In this document: positions 1-8,325 of the stretch, piece after piece | Numbering within the stretch: the first letter of the stretch is position 1 | Layout of the letters: the number at the start of each line of letters is the position of its first letter | Origin: a virus | Taxonomy: Duplodnaviria > Caudoviricetes | DNA: 49,417 nucleotides | Direction: 5' to 3' (one strand) | Virus record (IMG/VR): IMGVR_UViG_3300036783_000105 | Span: 1-49,417 of that record | Notes under the pieces: generated by a model | What the model was told of the DNA's origin: nothing | The model's input: the letters and a program-made list of their open reading frames with translations, nothing else | Databases searched by the model: none | Position numbers and translations under genes: made by a program

Positions 1-33
1 GTCTAAGTCCAGGGCAATCACGCGTGAGGTCAT
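1..33 (-). CDS. ybhA: 5' end of HAD-family pyridoxal phosphatase (runs off window)
   Basis: Reverse strand reads MTSRVIALDLD, the HAD motif I N-terminus of YbhA; divergent from pgl as in E. coli. Confidence 0.85.
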   Translation of the reverse strand, partial: MTSRVIALDLD

Positions 34-209
34 GTATTGTTTCCGGTTAATGATGAAAAGTTAGCTGGCCATGATGGTACACCGCTGTGCCATTGGGGCA
101 AACTTTTCAGCATCTACCGCTAAAGAGTCGATACACTTGATATTGTATTTTTCAGAGTGCCGTTAGTCTGAAAAATGAAATTTCCACGTGCAGTGAGGAA
201 GGAGTATTC

Positions 210-220
210 ATGAAACAAAC
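210..220 (+). repeat. attL core ATGAAACAAAC (extends to 205 with one mismatch)
   Basis: Identical to 47314-47324; preceded by native RBS AGGAAGGAG. Confidence 0.9.
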
Positions 221-264
221 ACTCCTATCAAAAAACATCTTAATTTTCATTTGGTTAAAGTAGC

Positions 265-296
265 CATTCCGAAATCATTCGAAATTCATTCTAAAT
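265..296 (+). promoter_or_regulatory. Three integrase arm-type sites
   Basis: CATTCCGAAA, CATTCGAAAT, CATTCTAAAT at 11-bp pitch next to int 3' end, like lambda P'1-3; related CGTTCGAAAT at 47174. Confidence 0.65.
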
Positions 297-1337
297 ATCT
301 TTCCAGTCTCGCCCTCGTCCATCGCGGTATTTATCGGACATTGCTGATGATTTATGCCCCAATATAGCTTGGGTGTAATCATTACCTCTCTCTTTTGCGT
401 ATATACGGCCAGACAAGCTTCTAATTTCATGAAAGGGTGGTGGATCGCTTTCCCACGCAAGCCCGGACAGATCGCGAGCTTGTCTGAATTGTGCCGCTAT
501 AGTTCTGGCCGCTTTACCACCGAGTATCTTTTCTTGGCTTCCGTTAACCTTCTTCAGCCCCTCAAGAACATCCTTCAAACACAAATCCAGTTTTTCAATG
601 CGAGTTGAGAGAGAGATACGTATGCGAGCGCCTGTTTTCTCCTGTTCAACGCATAATTTATCATCTTCGATGTCACTCCAGCGCATTGATGCCAAATCCC
701 CTTCACGCTGTCCCGTAACTAATGCCAAATCCAGGCAAAGGCCGAACCAGTCACTACTTTGGTCTGCCGCCTTTCTGATCTGAAGATATTCATCAAGCAA
801 AAGCCGACTACGTTTAACTTCCGTTCTGAATGCTCTTGTCGAAGCAACCGGATCCTCAGTTGTCAGTCCGGCAGCGATAGAACATTTAAATACGTCAGAA
901 AGTAACGTTCTAAATTGATTTGCCATAGCGAATTTACCTCCAGTAGCTCTTTGCTCAAGAAAGCTGTATATCTCACGAACGCCAATATTTTTTACGGATA
1001 CGCCTTCGAAATGTTCAGAAATTATCTTCAATCGGTGGTTGTGTCGCTTCATTGTGTTAGGTTTTAATTTACGGCGCTCAATTTCATCCCTGAAATTGAT
1101 TACCAGTTCATCAAATAGAATTGCGCTTTTGCCATTTATTCTGTCAATGAGTCTTTCGTTTTTAGTGGAGAGCAACTCCATATTGGCAGAGACAGCCTCG
1201 TTAACAGCAAATCTTTTGTTTCTCCCTAGACCGAATTCTTTTCCCGAGCGAGGATCTCGGTAGCTGTAATATCCACCTCGTTCATAGAGGTTGGGGGGAA
1301 GGTCATTCGTTTTGTGGTTTCTTCTCCGTGCGGCCAT
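291..1337 (-). CDS. int: Lambda-type tyrosine integrase
   Basis: Arm-binding N-terminus (LPPNLY...YYSYRDPRSGKE), catalytic GQR, HEIR, LGH and Y residues. Confidence 0.97.
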   Translation of the reverse strand: MAARRRNHKTNDLPPNLYERGGYYSYRDPRSGKEFGLGRNKRFAVNEAVSANMELLSTKNERLIDRINGKSAILFDELVINFRDEIERRKLKPNTMKRHNHRLKIISEHFEGVSVKNIGVREIYSFLEQRATGGKFAMANQFRTLLSDVFKCSIAAGLTTEDPVASTRAFRTEVKRSRLLLDEYLQIRKAADQSSDWFGLCLDLALVTGQREGDLASMRWSDIEDDKLCVEQEKTGARIRISLSTRIEKLDLCLKDVLEGLKKVNGSQEKILGGKAARTIAAQFRQARDLSGLAWESDPPPFHEIRSLSGRIYAKERGNDYTQAILGHKSSAMSDKYRDGRGRDWKDI

Positions 1338-1557
1338 GCTTAATTCTCTCTCTAAGACTTAGGTTCTTGTTGCTCGGCGAGGGAAAGCATTGACCGTTTA
1401 GGTTTACTTTTATCGCGCTATCTTCAACGAGATATTCCCGCCCATCAAGCTGAGGCGGCGGTTGTATGCGGCCCGAACGAACCCAGCGCCTTACCTGCTC
1501 CATGCTTCTTGGGCGCAGCTGTCGATCGTTCCATTCTTTTAAAGTAATAAGGGCCAT
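1303..1557 (-). CDS. xis: Excisionase
   Basis: LITLKEW...VRRWVRSGRIQPPPQLDGREY lambda Xis-like; overlaps int start; GAGG RBS. Confidence 0.9.
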   Translation of the reverse strand: MALITLKEWNDRQLRPRSMEQVRRWVRSGRIQPPPQLDGREYLVEDSAIKVNLNGQCFPSPSNKNLSLRERIKHGRTEKKPQNE

Positions 1558-1650
1558 AATTAACCTCATGGCCGGGAAACTATAATCAGTTTCCCGGTTT
1601 AACGTTGATTATTGAAAATCAGAATATATCCTTAGCCTTCAATTGCCCTT

Positions 1651-1854
1651 TTAAGAAAGAGTTCTTACGGGCAAAGAGTTACGGTATGAAGAAATGGCAA
1701 CTTTTAAACCTAATCTCTTCTTTTCCTTTTCGTTACAGATGGGGCAGTAATATGCGTGTTTTCGATAAGCCCCTTTACCCTTTGGCCTATATTGCAATTC
1801 TTCGCGTGCAAAAGAACCGCCACAGCCATAGCAGTGGTGTGTTAATTCTTCCAT
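1651..1854 (-). CDS. Small zinc-finger phage protein
   Basis: CYGC...CPIC, 67 aa, in leftward operon. Confidence 0.7.
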   Translation of the reverse strand: MEELTHHCYGCGGSFAREELQYRPKGKGAYRKHAYYCPICNEKEKKRLGLKVAISSYRNSLPVRTLS

Positions 1855-1941
1855 ATTAATTCCTGGTAATTGTGCTCTATTAATTTTTAGATGTATTCAC
1901 ATCGCCTTCAAGGTTTTAAGTTGATAAAAACTTGTAGGTTA

Positions 1942-2223
1942 TTAGTTAAAAATATCTGTGTTTAATTTTGATTGAGCCAGTAATAAGTCACCATCAACAA
2001 CAGTTAAATCGCCGTACATTTCGTGATTGCAAATAACATCGTCAATATTCAGTTGTGATAGCGGGGTAATGTTACCGTTAATCATTTTATCTTCTGTCTG
2101 CATAGCCAACTTGAAAATAAGTTTCATTGAGTACATAGCCTGATCTCGCATTGTCATGTCGCCGATAGCCTGGGCGATAACAAGTTTATTTTGAGCTGCT
2201 TGTAATTGGTTGTTGATCATCAT
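1942..2223 (-). CDS. Kil-like cell-division inhibitor with C-terminal extension
   Basis: NQLQAAQNKLVIAQAIGD resembles the lambda Kil N-terminus; AAGGAG RBS; PL operon position. Confidence 0.65.
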   Translation of the reverse strand: MMINNQLQAAQNKLVIAQAIGDMTMRDQAMYSMKLIFKLAMQTEDKMINGNITPLSQLNIDDVICNHEMYGDLTVVDGDLLLAQSKLNTDIFN

Positions 2224-2258
2224 GACTATTGCTCCTTACATCATTAATCATTGAAACC

Positions 2259-2424
2259 ATCAACAGACTTTGCAATGTGGTGCCGGGTGCCTCCCGGTGG
2301 CTCCAGCCAGTTAACAACTGGTGCCGGTAGCTTCTTTTCCACCCCACTCTTAGAAACGAGTGATACTGCTTTAACTGAACCGCGTGCGCATAGCCGCATC
2401 CACCACATTGCAAAGTCTGTTGAT
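2259..2424 (-). ncRNA. Putative structured RNA closed by a perfect 24-bp stem
   Basis: 2259-2282 and 2401-2424 are exact reverse complements and enclose several hairpins. Confidence 0.6.
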
Positions 2425-2454
2425 TTTTAGCCTTTAGGCGGCCATGCCGATAAA

Positions 2455-2631
2455 TCAGATAGCAGTGAGTTTTAAGTAACGCTGCTTTGAGTCAATACAA
2501 CCGGTTGGCAGGGAGCGCCCACAGGTAAGGCGAACTTCTTTTTGCGCGTTGCGTGCAACGCGGGTGCGACCGAAGTAAACAGGATTGCCGGATTTCCGAA
2601 CAGTGACCTTCAAGAGTTTTAACTTGCTCAT
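2455..2631 (-). CDS. 58-aa basic protein, first gene of PL operon (not in ORF track)
   Basis: GAGG RBS; MSKLKLLKVTVRKSGNPVYFGRTRVARNAQKEVRLTCGRSLPTGCIDSKQRYLKLTAI. Confidence 0.65.
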   Translation of the reverse strand: MSKLKLLKVTVRKSGNPVYFGRTRVARNAQKEVRLTCGRSLPTGCIDSKQRYLKLTAI

Positions 2632-2701
2632 ACTGACCTCGTTTAGTTGACCCTGTATCGCTGGGTAGCGGAACGTTTAACTTATCGCACCGTTGTGTCG
2701 A

Positions 2702-2771
2702 TAAGTAGAGAATACTACATAAAGTAGATTGGTCAACACCTAAAGTAGAAATTATTTTCTACTTTAGGTTG
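2702..2771 (-). promoter_or_regulatory. PL promoter with three OL operators
   Basis: TTGACC-N16-TATTCT on minus strand; CTAC-N5-GTAG-like sites at 2715, 2736, 2759. Confidence 0.75.
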
Positions 2772-2792
2772 TTTTTAGGGCGGCGCAGGCGC

Positions 2793-2817
2793 AAAAAAAC
2801 CCAGCATTGCTGGGTTT
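2793..2817 (-). terminator. Intrinsic terminator of repressor gene
   Basis: AAACCCAGC-hairpin-GCTGGGTTT with T-tract on minus strand. Confidence 0.75.
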
Positions 2818-2836
2818 AGAGGGGGGGGAGAGGAGG

Positions 2837-3286
2837 CTATTTTTTATCAGGATCGGCATATTCGCTGTAAAACTCCAGGAGTTTCTTATAGCGAATCTCA
2901 AAAGCCAGTAGCATGTTGTTGGCTTCAGTATCAGGGAACTTACGGAAAACCCTGATCAGTCGTTTCTCATCATCACTCAAATTTGAGAACTCAGTTTCAT
3001 CAGATGATTCAAGGGGAGCTGATGTAACAGCTTCTAAACCATTACCAGTTTCCAAACCGTTTTCTATAGCCCCGTAATCCAGCCAAGCTGGAGGAACATT
3101 GAGCCACTCTGCGATTCTTATGAGCTTCTCATCGCGTGGCTTCGCCGTGCCCAACGTATAACGTCGAGCCATTTCATATGTGACCTGTCCAGCATGACTT
3201 AACTGTTTTACAGACAAGTTTTTTTTACTCATCTCAAGGTTCAGTCGGTCCGCAAAGTCTTGGTGTTTATTCGCTTTTTCTACCAT
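2837..3286 (-). CDS. Prophage repressor (XRE HTH, no S24 peptidase domain)
   Basis: HTH N-terminus ending IAEWLNVPPAWLDYG; divergent from cro; 149 aa from ATG 3286. Confidence 0.85.
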   Translation of the reverse strand: MVEKANKHQDFADRLNLEMSKKNLSVKQLSHAGQVTYEMARRYTLGTAKPRDEKLIRIAEWLNVPPAWLDYGAIENGLETGNGLEAVTSAPLESSDETEFSNLSDDEKRLIRVFRKFPDTEANNMLLAFEIRYKKLLEFYSEYADPDKK

Positions 3287-3372
3287 AGGTAGAAGATTAA
3301 GGCAGAGTTGGTTTTTAGTCATTTCTATTTTAAGTAGTTGCATTTTCTACTTTGTGTAGTATTCTCTACTTA
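3280..3372. promoter_or_regulatory. OR region with PR and PRM
   Basis: Operators CTACCATAGGTAG, CTATTTTAAGTAG, CTACTTTGTGTAG; PR TTGCAT-N16-TATTCT; PRM ATGACT-N17-TAATCT on minus strand. Confidence 0.7.
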
Positions 3373-3392
3373 CCAAGTCACCGGAGGTAAGA

Positions 3393-3662
3393 ATGCTTAC
3401 ACCATATAAAAACATCACAGAGAAGGCTGTCAGGGCTATTGGGAATGTTTCCCATGTTGCTCGGATGTTCAACTTTAAGTCGAGTCAATCGGTAGCAAAT
3501 TGGATTGCCCGAAATAGTGTCCCTAGCGATCGTGTAATTCCTCTTTGCCGAATGGGTGGGTGGGTCGTTACTCCACATGAGCTTCGTCCTGATCTTCATC
3601 CAACCCCTATCAGTGGACTCACGGAAGAAATTATCACTAAGCGTCAGAAGGAGACTGATTGA
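3393..3662 (+). CDS. cro: Cro/YdaS-like transcriptional regulator
   Basis: Small HTH with VTPHELRPD motif, divergent from repressor. Confidence 0.85.
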   Translation: MLTPYKNITEKAVRAIGNVSHVARMFNFKSSQSVANWIARNSVPSDRVIPLCRMGGWVVTPHELRPDLHPTPISGLTEEIITKRQKETD

Positions 3663-4075
3663 TGGAAATCAAACACGAGCATATCGAAATTGTTTTGCTG
3701 GCTTGGGCTGCTGAAGTCGGTCAGGCCTACGCAGCTAACGCTATAGCCGAGGAGTATCAGCGCAATGGAGGGAACCAGCTTCGCCTGGTGCCTGGTAAAA
3801 CTTGGGCTAATCAGCAGAACATTTTTCATCGCTGGTTGAAGGGAGAGACCGAACAACAGCGCGAAAAAATTCGGCAGTTACTCCCTGCAATTTTGCGTGT
3901 CCTTCCGCGTGATATCCGTCATCGCCTGAGCATCTACGACACGATTGAGCGTCGGGCATTGCTGGCGGCCCAGCAGGCTATAGGAACGGCAATTGACGCA
4001 CACGATGACGCGATCGAAGCCATTTACAGCAAGGCTTATCGCTCTGGTGCTGTTGAAGTTCCGAAGTATCACTGA
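3659..4075 (+). CDS. CII-like / YdaT-family regulator
   Basis: IKHEHIEIVLLAWAAEVGQ...QNIFHRWL; position after cro. Confidence 0.75.
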   Translation: MMEIKHEHIEIVLLAWAAEVGQAYAANAIAEEYQRNGGNQLRLVPGKTWANQQNIFHRWLKGETEQQREKIRQLLPAILRVLPRDIRHRLSIYDTIERRALLAAQQAIGTAIDAHDDAIEAIYSKAYRSGAVEVPKYH

Positions 4076-4084
4076 TTCCCGGAG

Positions 4085-4345
4085 GTGACTATGTGTAACC
4101 AGTCTGCTGCTGAATTGATTGCTCGCCTGAAGAGGGCTTATCCGGCGTATGTGCCGACTGAAGGAGACTGTGCAAGCAACGACATCCCGAAAGCCGGTAC
4201 TCGCTTTCAGCACAGACACAAAGGCCACGTAGTGACGGTAATCACTGCAACTGAGAAAGATGTTTCCTATCGCAAGTCCTGTGGCGCGGTTGGCTGGGTG
4301 GGGTTGCGTGAATTTTTAAGGCTACACAATGAGGTTCTGGTATGA
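4085..4345 (+). CDS. Conserved phage protein (DUF4222-like)
   Basis: GGAGG RBS; usual position before the replication gene. Confidence 0.6.
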   Translation: MTMCNQSAAELIARLKRAYPAYVPTEGDCASNDIPKAGTRFQHRHKGHVVTVITATEKDVSYRKSCGAVGWVGLREFLRLHNEVLV

Positions 4346-5370
4346 GCAATCAGGTCTTTGAAATTGTTCAGGCCATGTCAGGGCAGGGGAATTGCATCAC
4401 GATCCCTGGCCCATATCTGGACTTCTTTGCAGGGGACAGGCAGCAGCATTTGCTGGCTGCAATTCTGAATCAGCTGGTGTTCTGGTCGGGTAAATCAAGC
4501 CTGCCAAATGGCTGGTTTTACAAAGAGCACGCAGCACTTGCAAAAGAAGTTCGGGTTATCGAAGGGGATGTGGTCAGAAGGGCCATTTACAAAATCACTG
4601 AGCAATATTTGCCCGGTGTTATTCAGGAAGAGCTTCGGCAGGTGAACGGCACCCCGAAGAAGCATTACCGTATCGACCAGGAAGAGCTGATGCTCAAGAT
4701 ATTCCCGACAATCCTGGATTCGGCACAAACGCCGAATGGAAGCAACCTATTGAAAGTAATGGATTCGGCAAAAGAGCCGAATGGAATCGGCACAAACGCC
4801 GAATGGAAACGGCACAAACGCCGAATCCAGGAATCGGCACAAACGCCGAATGGAAACGGCACAAACGCCGAATCCTATCTCTATACAGATCTTAAAAATA
4901 CATATCTTAAAACAGATCTTAAAAACCAAGACGGAGAGTCTTCCCCTGTGGATAACTTCGCTGAAAAGCATCCGGAAGCGGTGATTTTCAACGCTGAAAA
5001 AAGTCTTTGGGGAAGTGCAGAAGACCTGGAGTTTTCAGAGTGGTTTTATGCCCGTGTCGTCGAGGTGCATGAGCGTGCTGCTGAGTTCGATGGGACGATT
5101 TCAAGACCGCCAGAGCCTAACTGGACCAACTGGGCGAATGAAATTAGGTTGCTGCGAGAACAGCAGGGCTGCACTCACGAACACATGTACACGATGGTTG
5201 AACGCATTCAGAACAGCTGGTGGGTCAAGGAAATTAAAACCGCTGACCGCCTACGAAGCAAATGGCCTGAGCTGGCTGTAAAGCTTTGTCCAGCAAATCT
5301 CACCACCGGTAGCAGCCTCGGTTTTAGCGGAAAAGTTCAGGCAGATATTCCGAAGGGTTTCAGGGGCTAA
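4342..5370 (+). CDS. Replication initiator (O-like)
   Basis: Internal iterons; C-terminal ADIPKGFRG; position. Confidence 0.85.
   Translation: MSNQVFEIVQAMSGQGNCITIPGPYLDFFAGDRQQHLLAAILNQLVFWSGKSSLPNGWFYKEHAALAKEVRVIEGDVVRRAIYKITEQYLPGVIQEELRQVNGTPKKHYRIDQEELMLKIFPTILDSAQTPNGSNLLKVMDSAKEPNGIGTNAEWKRHKRRIQESAQTPNGNGTNAESYLYTDLKNTYLKTDLKNQDGESSPVDNFAEKHPEAVIFNAEKSLWGSAEDLEFSEWFYARVVEVHERAAEFDGTISRPPEPNWTNWANEIRLLREQQGCTHEHMYTMVERIQNSWWVKEIKTADRLRSKWPELAVKLCPANLTTGSSLGFSGKVQADIPKGFRG
4721..4926 (+). repeat. Replication origin: six 17-bp iterons plus AT-rich repeats
   Basis: CGGCACAAACGCCGAAT at 4721, 4766 (variant), 4788, 4810, 4835, 4857; then three ACA(G/T)ATCTTAAAA. Confidence 0.85.
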
Positions 5371-5382
5371 GGAGTTTTTTCA

Positions 5383-5676
5383 ATGAAAACAACCAAATCC
5401 AAGAAAACACAATACAGCGGAGAAATCACGATGATCGAATTTCTCAAAGCTAACTCTGATTTGACTACGCGTGAAATCGCTACTGCGCTGGGGCGCGGTA
5501 TGTCCTCAGTGAATGGCCAGCTTCGCCAGTTGCATGGAGCAGGGCAGATTGTCCAGAGCGGCCTACGCAACGGCGCAACATTGTGGCGCTTTAACGACAT
5601 GCCGTTTGGCTGCGCAAACCGTATCCGCATGATGTTTGAAAACCTCCTGAGGGAATGTCGCGGGGGCGCTCAATGA
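5383..5676 (+). CDS. Winged-helix DNA-binding phage protein
   Basis: LTTREIATALG...VNGQLRQL HTH pattern. Confidence 0.7.
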   Translation: MKTTKSKKTQYSGEITMIEFLKANSDLTTREIATALGRGMSSVNGQLRQLHGAGQIVQSGLRNGATLWRFNDMPFGCANRIRMMFENLLRECRGGAQ

Positions 5677-5885
5677 AATTACAGAAATGCCCTGATTGCG
5701 GCGCAGTGCCTGAATTTCACTGGAAAGATTACACATTTGGCTCCTGCTCAGGAGCGCTGAAATGCCCTTATGACCATTACCGAGTCCAACATAGTTACTG
5801 GTCTGGTGGAAAGAACAAAGCCAGGCAAGCTCTGGAACAAAAATGGATGGCGGCGATAAATAAAAACGAGGTTAAAAATGGCTAA
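5673..5885 (+). CDS. Small Cys-containing protein, possibly Lar-like
   Basis: MKLQKCPDCGAVP N-terminus; ATGA coupling. Confidence 0.55.
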   Translation: MKLQKCPDCGAVPEFHWKDYTFGSCSGALKCPYDHYRVQHSYWSGGKNKARQALEQKWMAAINKNEVKNG

Positions 5886-6663
5886 GAACTCAATAGACGT
5901 ATACGGCGCCAGCGGAAAGACAAACGCTCTCAAGTTTGATCCTAAAAATCTGCATTTGGTCACCGATAAGAACCACCCTCTCTACGATGAGCGGGTCCAT
6001 CTGCCGATAGACGAAGGGATGGTGCTGAATATCAAGGAGCTGGGTGTACTGGAGCCGATTATCGTTTGGAAAGACCCTGAGACAGGGCATACATGCGTGG
6101 TTGTAGGCCGTCAGCGAGTTAAACATACCATTGAGGCAAATAAACTCCTTCTGAAAGAAGGCAAAGACCCACTGTTTGTTCCTGGCGTCGTTAAGCGCGG
6201 ATCAGCAAATCAGATGGCTAAATACATGGTCAGCGAAAACGAAATTCGCCGACCAGATACTCCGCTTGGCCGTGCTAAAAAAATGTCAGATGCGCTGGAT
6301 CGCGGTCTCGATGAGGACGACATTGCGGTGTTGTTTGGATGCAGCGTTCCGACAGTTCGTGCAACGCTGTCCCTCCTCGATGCCACCCAGGCCGTCCGGG
6401 AAGCGGTGGAGTCCGGTGCTGTTACCGTTACCCAGGCGCGTCAATTGGGCACGCTTCCACCTGAAAAGCAGCGCGAAAAAGTTGCAGAAATCGAAGCGGC
6501 TACCGCAGGCACTAAAGGCCATGAAAAAGCCAGGCGTCAGCGTGCTGTGCTGGGCGAAACAAAGCCACGTCTCAAATCACGCAAAGAAATCACAAAAGCC
6601 CTCGAAGGTGCCAGCGGTGAATACGCTGATGCTCTGCGCTGGGTGCTCGGGGAGGCTGTATGA
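5878..6663 (+). CDS. ParB/Srx-domain protein
   Basis: GVLEPIIV...VVVGRQR...SENEIRR plus HTH. Confidence 0.8.
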   Translation: MAKNSIDVYGASGKTNALKFDPKNLHLVTDKNHPLYDERVHLPIDEGMVLNIKELGVLEPIIVWKDPETGHTCVVVGRQRVKHTIEANKLLLKEGKDPLFVPGVVKRGSANQMAKYMVSENEIRRPDTPLGRAKKMSDALDRGLDEDDIAVLFGCSVPTVRATLSLLDATQAVREAVESGAVTVTQARQLGTLPPEKQREKVAEIEAATAGTKGHEKARRQRAVLGETKPRLKSRKEITKALEGASGEYADALRWVLGEAV

Positions 6664-7139
6664 CTATCACACTACAGGCAGTAAACGAGCTCATTCAGTC
6701 GCTTGAGTCTGGCGAGCTGTCGATCAAAGAGACAAAGGTTATGGCGCTGGCGAAAGCGTTTAAGCAGCTGGCTGCGGAGAATGTGGCCATTCGTGAACAG
6801 TCTGAAGAAGTTTACGCAGCAGGTGACAACCACGGACACCTGAACACTGTTGACGGCATCGCATACGCAGATTGCGTAAAAGACGAATTCTACGGCCTGG
6901 CTCTCCAAGTAATGGCTGAAGTCGAAACCCCCGCCACCGATCGCATCGTAGCCGAAGCCGAGGCGCGCGGAGTTGAGAAGGCGAAAGAAATTGTCCGCCA
7001 GTGCCACGATAACATCTGTTCTGGCGGCCTGGCTGAAAATCGGCAGTACGAAGAAGCGATAGTGCAACCGCATCTGGATGGTATTTCCGATGAGTTGGAC
7101 TTCGAAATTGAGCAGCTGCGCAAGGGGAGGGAATTATGA
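6660..7139 (+). CDS. Eaa/Ea22-region hypothetical protein
   Basis: QLAAEN...ETPATD...ARGVE motifs; coupled ORF. Confidence 0.7.
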   Translation: MTITLQAVNELIQSLESGELSIKETKVMALAKAFKQLAAENVAIREQSEEVYAAGDNHGHLNTVDGIAYADCVKDEFYGLALQVMAEVETPATDRIVAEAEARGVEKAKEIVRQCHDNICSGGLAENRQYEEAIVQPHLDGISDELDFEIEQLRKGREL

Positions 7140-7498
7140 GTTGCGGATATCAAGGTTATGAGTTTGGTGCGCATTACCCGGATAGCCTTTGCTGTGATGG
7201 CTACCTGTGGGATTGCGACGCATACGAAGATGGTTTTCTCACTCACGGCGGGGATATCCCTTGCCCTGTCTGCAATCGTAAGCAATGGCTGGCCTACTAT
7301 CGCAATGAAATCATTGAGTGTGGCATGGAGCAATCTAAGCGTAAGCGCGGGCCTGAAACCGTGAAATACGGTGGTTTCCCTGGGCCGGTACGTGGTGATG
7401 CAAAGGCTATGCGTACTATTCGTCGCTGGCTGCGTCGAGGCTGGTATCAAGGCAGAAAATATGATGCACGTGAGCTGCGCGATGGGGCCGACAAATGA
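7136..7498 (+). CDS. Cys-rich hypothetical phage protein
   Basis: Translationally coupled ORF with CPVC. Confidence 0.7.
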   Translation: MSCGYQGYEFGAHYPDSLCCDGYLWDCDAYEDGFLTHGGDIPCPVCNRKQWLAYYRNEIIECGMEQSKRKRGPETVKYGGFPGPVRGDAKAMRTIRRWLRRGWYQGRKYDARELRDGADK

Positions 7499-8325
7499 GC
7501 AACCAAATCAAACATCCCGCGATCCGTTATCACGGCGGTAAATTCCGCCTGGCACCGTGGATTATCGGGCAGATGCCGGATCACGTCTGCTATGTGGAAC
7601 CATTCGGCGGCGCAGCTGGCGTATTGATCCAGAAGCCGCGCAGCTATTCAGAGGTGTACAACGACCTCGACGGCGAGGTGGTGAACCTGTTTCGTGTACT
7701 GCGCGATCCTGAACTAAACCAGCGCCTGCAGGATGCCTGCTGCCTTACACCTTACTCACGTGATGAGTTCTGCCATGCTCAGGAGCCAGCGACAGACAAA
7801 ATCGAACGCGCCCGCCGCATGGTAGTTCGCGCCTGTATGGGGTTCGGCTCTGCCGCTGGCGTCGGCAGTCAGTCTGGTTTTCGCAGCGATAGCAAACGCA
7901 AATACGCGACAGCGGCGCATCTGTGGGAGCGTTACCCGGCAAATCTCGCTGCTGTCTGCCAGCGTCTGCAGGGGGTGATCATTGAAAACAAAGACGCTCT
8001 GGCGGTCATGCGCGCCCACGACGCAGAAACAACCCTGCACTACATCGATCCGCCGTATGTGCCGGAAACCCGCGTACAGGGTAATAGATACTACGCGCAT
8101 GAAATGACTGTTGAAGGGCATGAGCAATTGCTCGCTGTGGCCAGAACGATGACAGGCATGGTGATGATCAGCGGTTATGACACCGAGGTCTACAACGACA
8201 TGCTCAATGGTTGGGTAAAGACTGAGAAAACTTCACGCATCAGCGCAGGGCGTGGAACCAAGATTCGCACAGAATGCCTTTGGCTTAACCCGGCAGCACA
8301 GCAGAAACAGGAGCGTGCGGCATGA
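7495..8325 (+). CDS. DNA adenine methyltransferase (D12/Dam-like class)
   Basis: RYHGGK, YVEPFGG SAM motif, catalytic IDPPY. Confidence 0.92.
   Translation: MSNQIKHPAIRYHGGKFRLAPWIIGQMPDHVCYVEPFGGAAGVLIQKPRSYSEVYNDLDGEVVNLFRVLRDPELNQRLQDACCLTPYSRDEFCHAQEPATDKIERARRMVVRACMGFGSAAGVGSQSGFRSDSKRKYATAAHLWERYPANLAAVCQRLQGVIIENKDALAVMRAHDAETTLHYIDPPYVPETRVQGNRYYAHEMTVEGHEQLLAVARTMTGMVMISGYDTEVYNDMLNGWVKTEKTSRISAGRGTKIRTECLWLNPAAQQKQERAA

Noticed and set aside
2186-2413. 75-aa minus-strand ORF
   Set aside because: TTG start within the 24-bp stem, overlaps kil-like gene; better explained as RNA structure
2821-2828. Poly-G tracts (also ~32786-32792) as phase-variation sites
   Set aside because: Both lie between a stop codon and a terminator, where length change should not matter
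3287-3343. N-terminal extension of the repressor in the ORF track
   Set aside because: Overlaps OR operators and PRM; ATG 3286 fits better
4721-4873. Repeat array as CRISPR
   Set aside because: Gaps mostly 5-8 nt, inside a CDS, no cas genes; fits replication iterons
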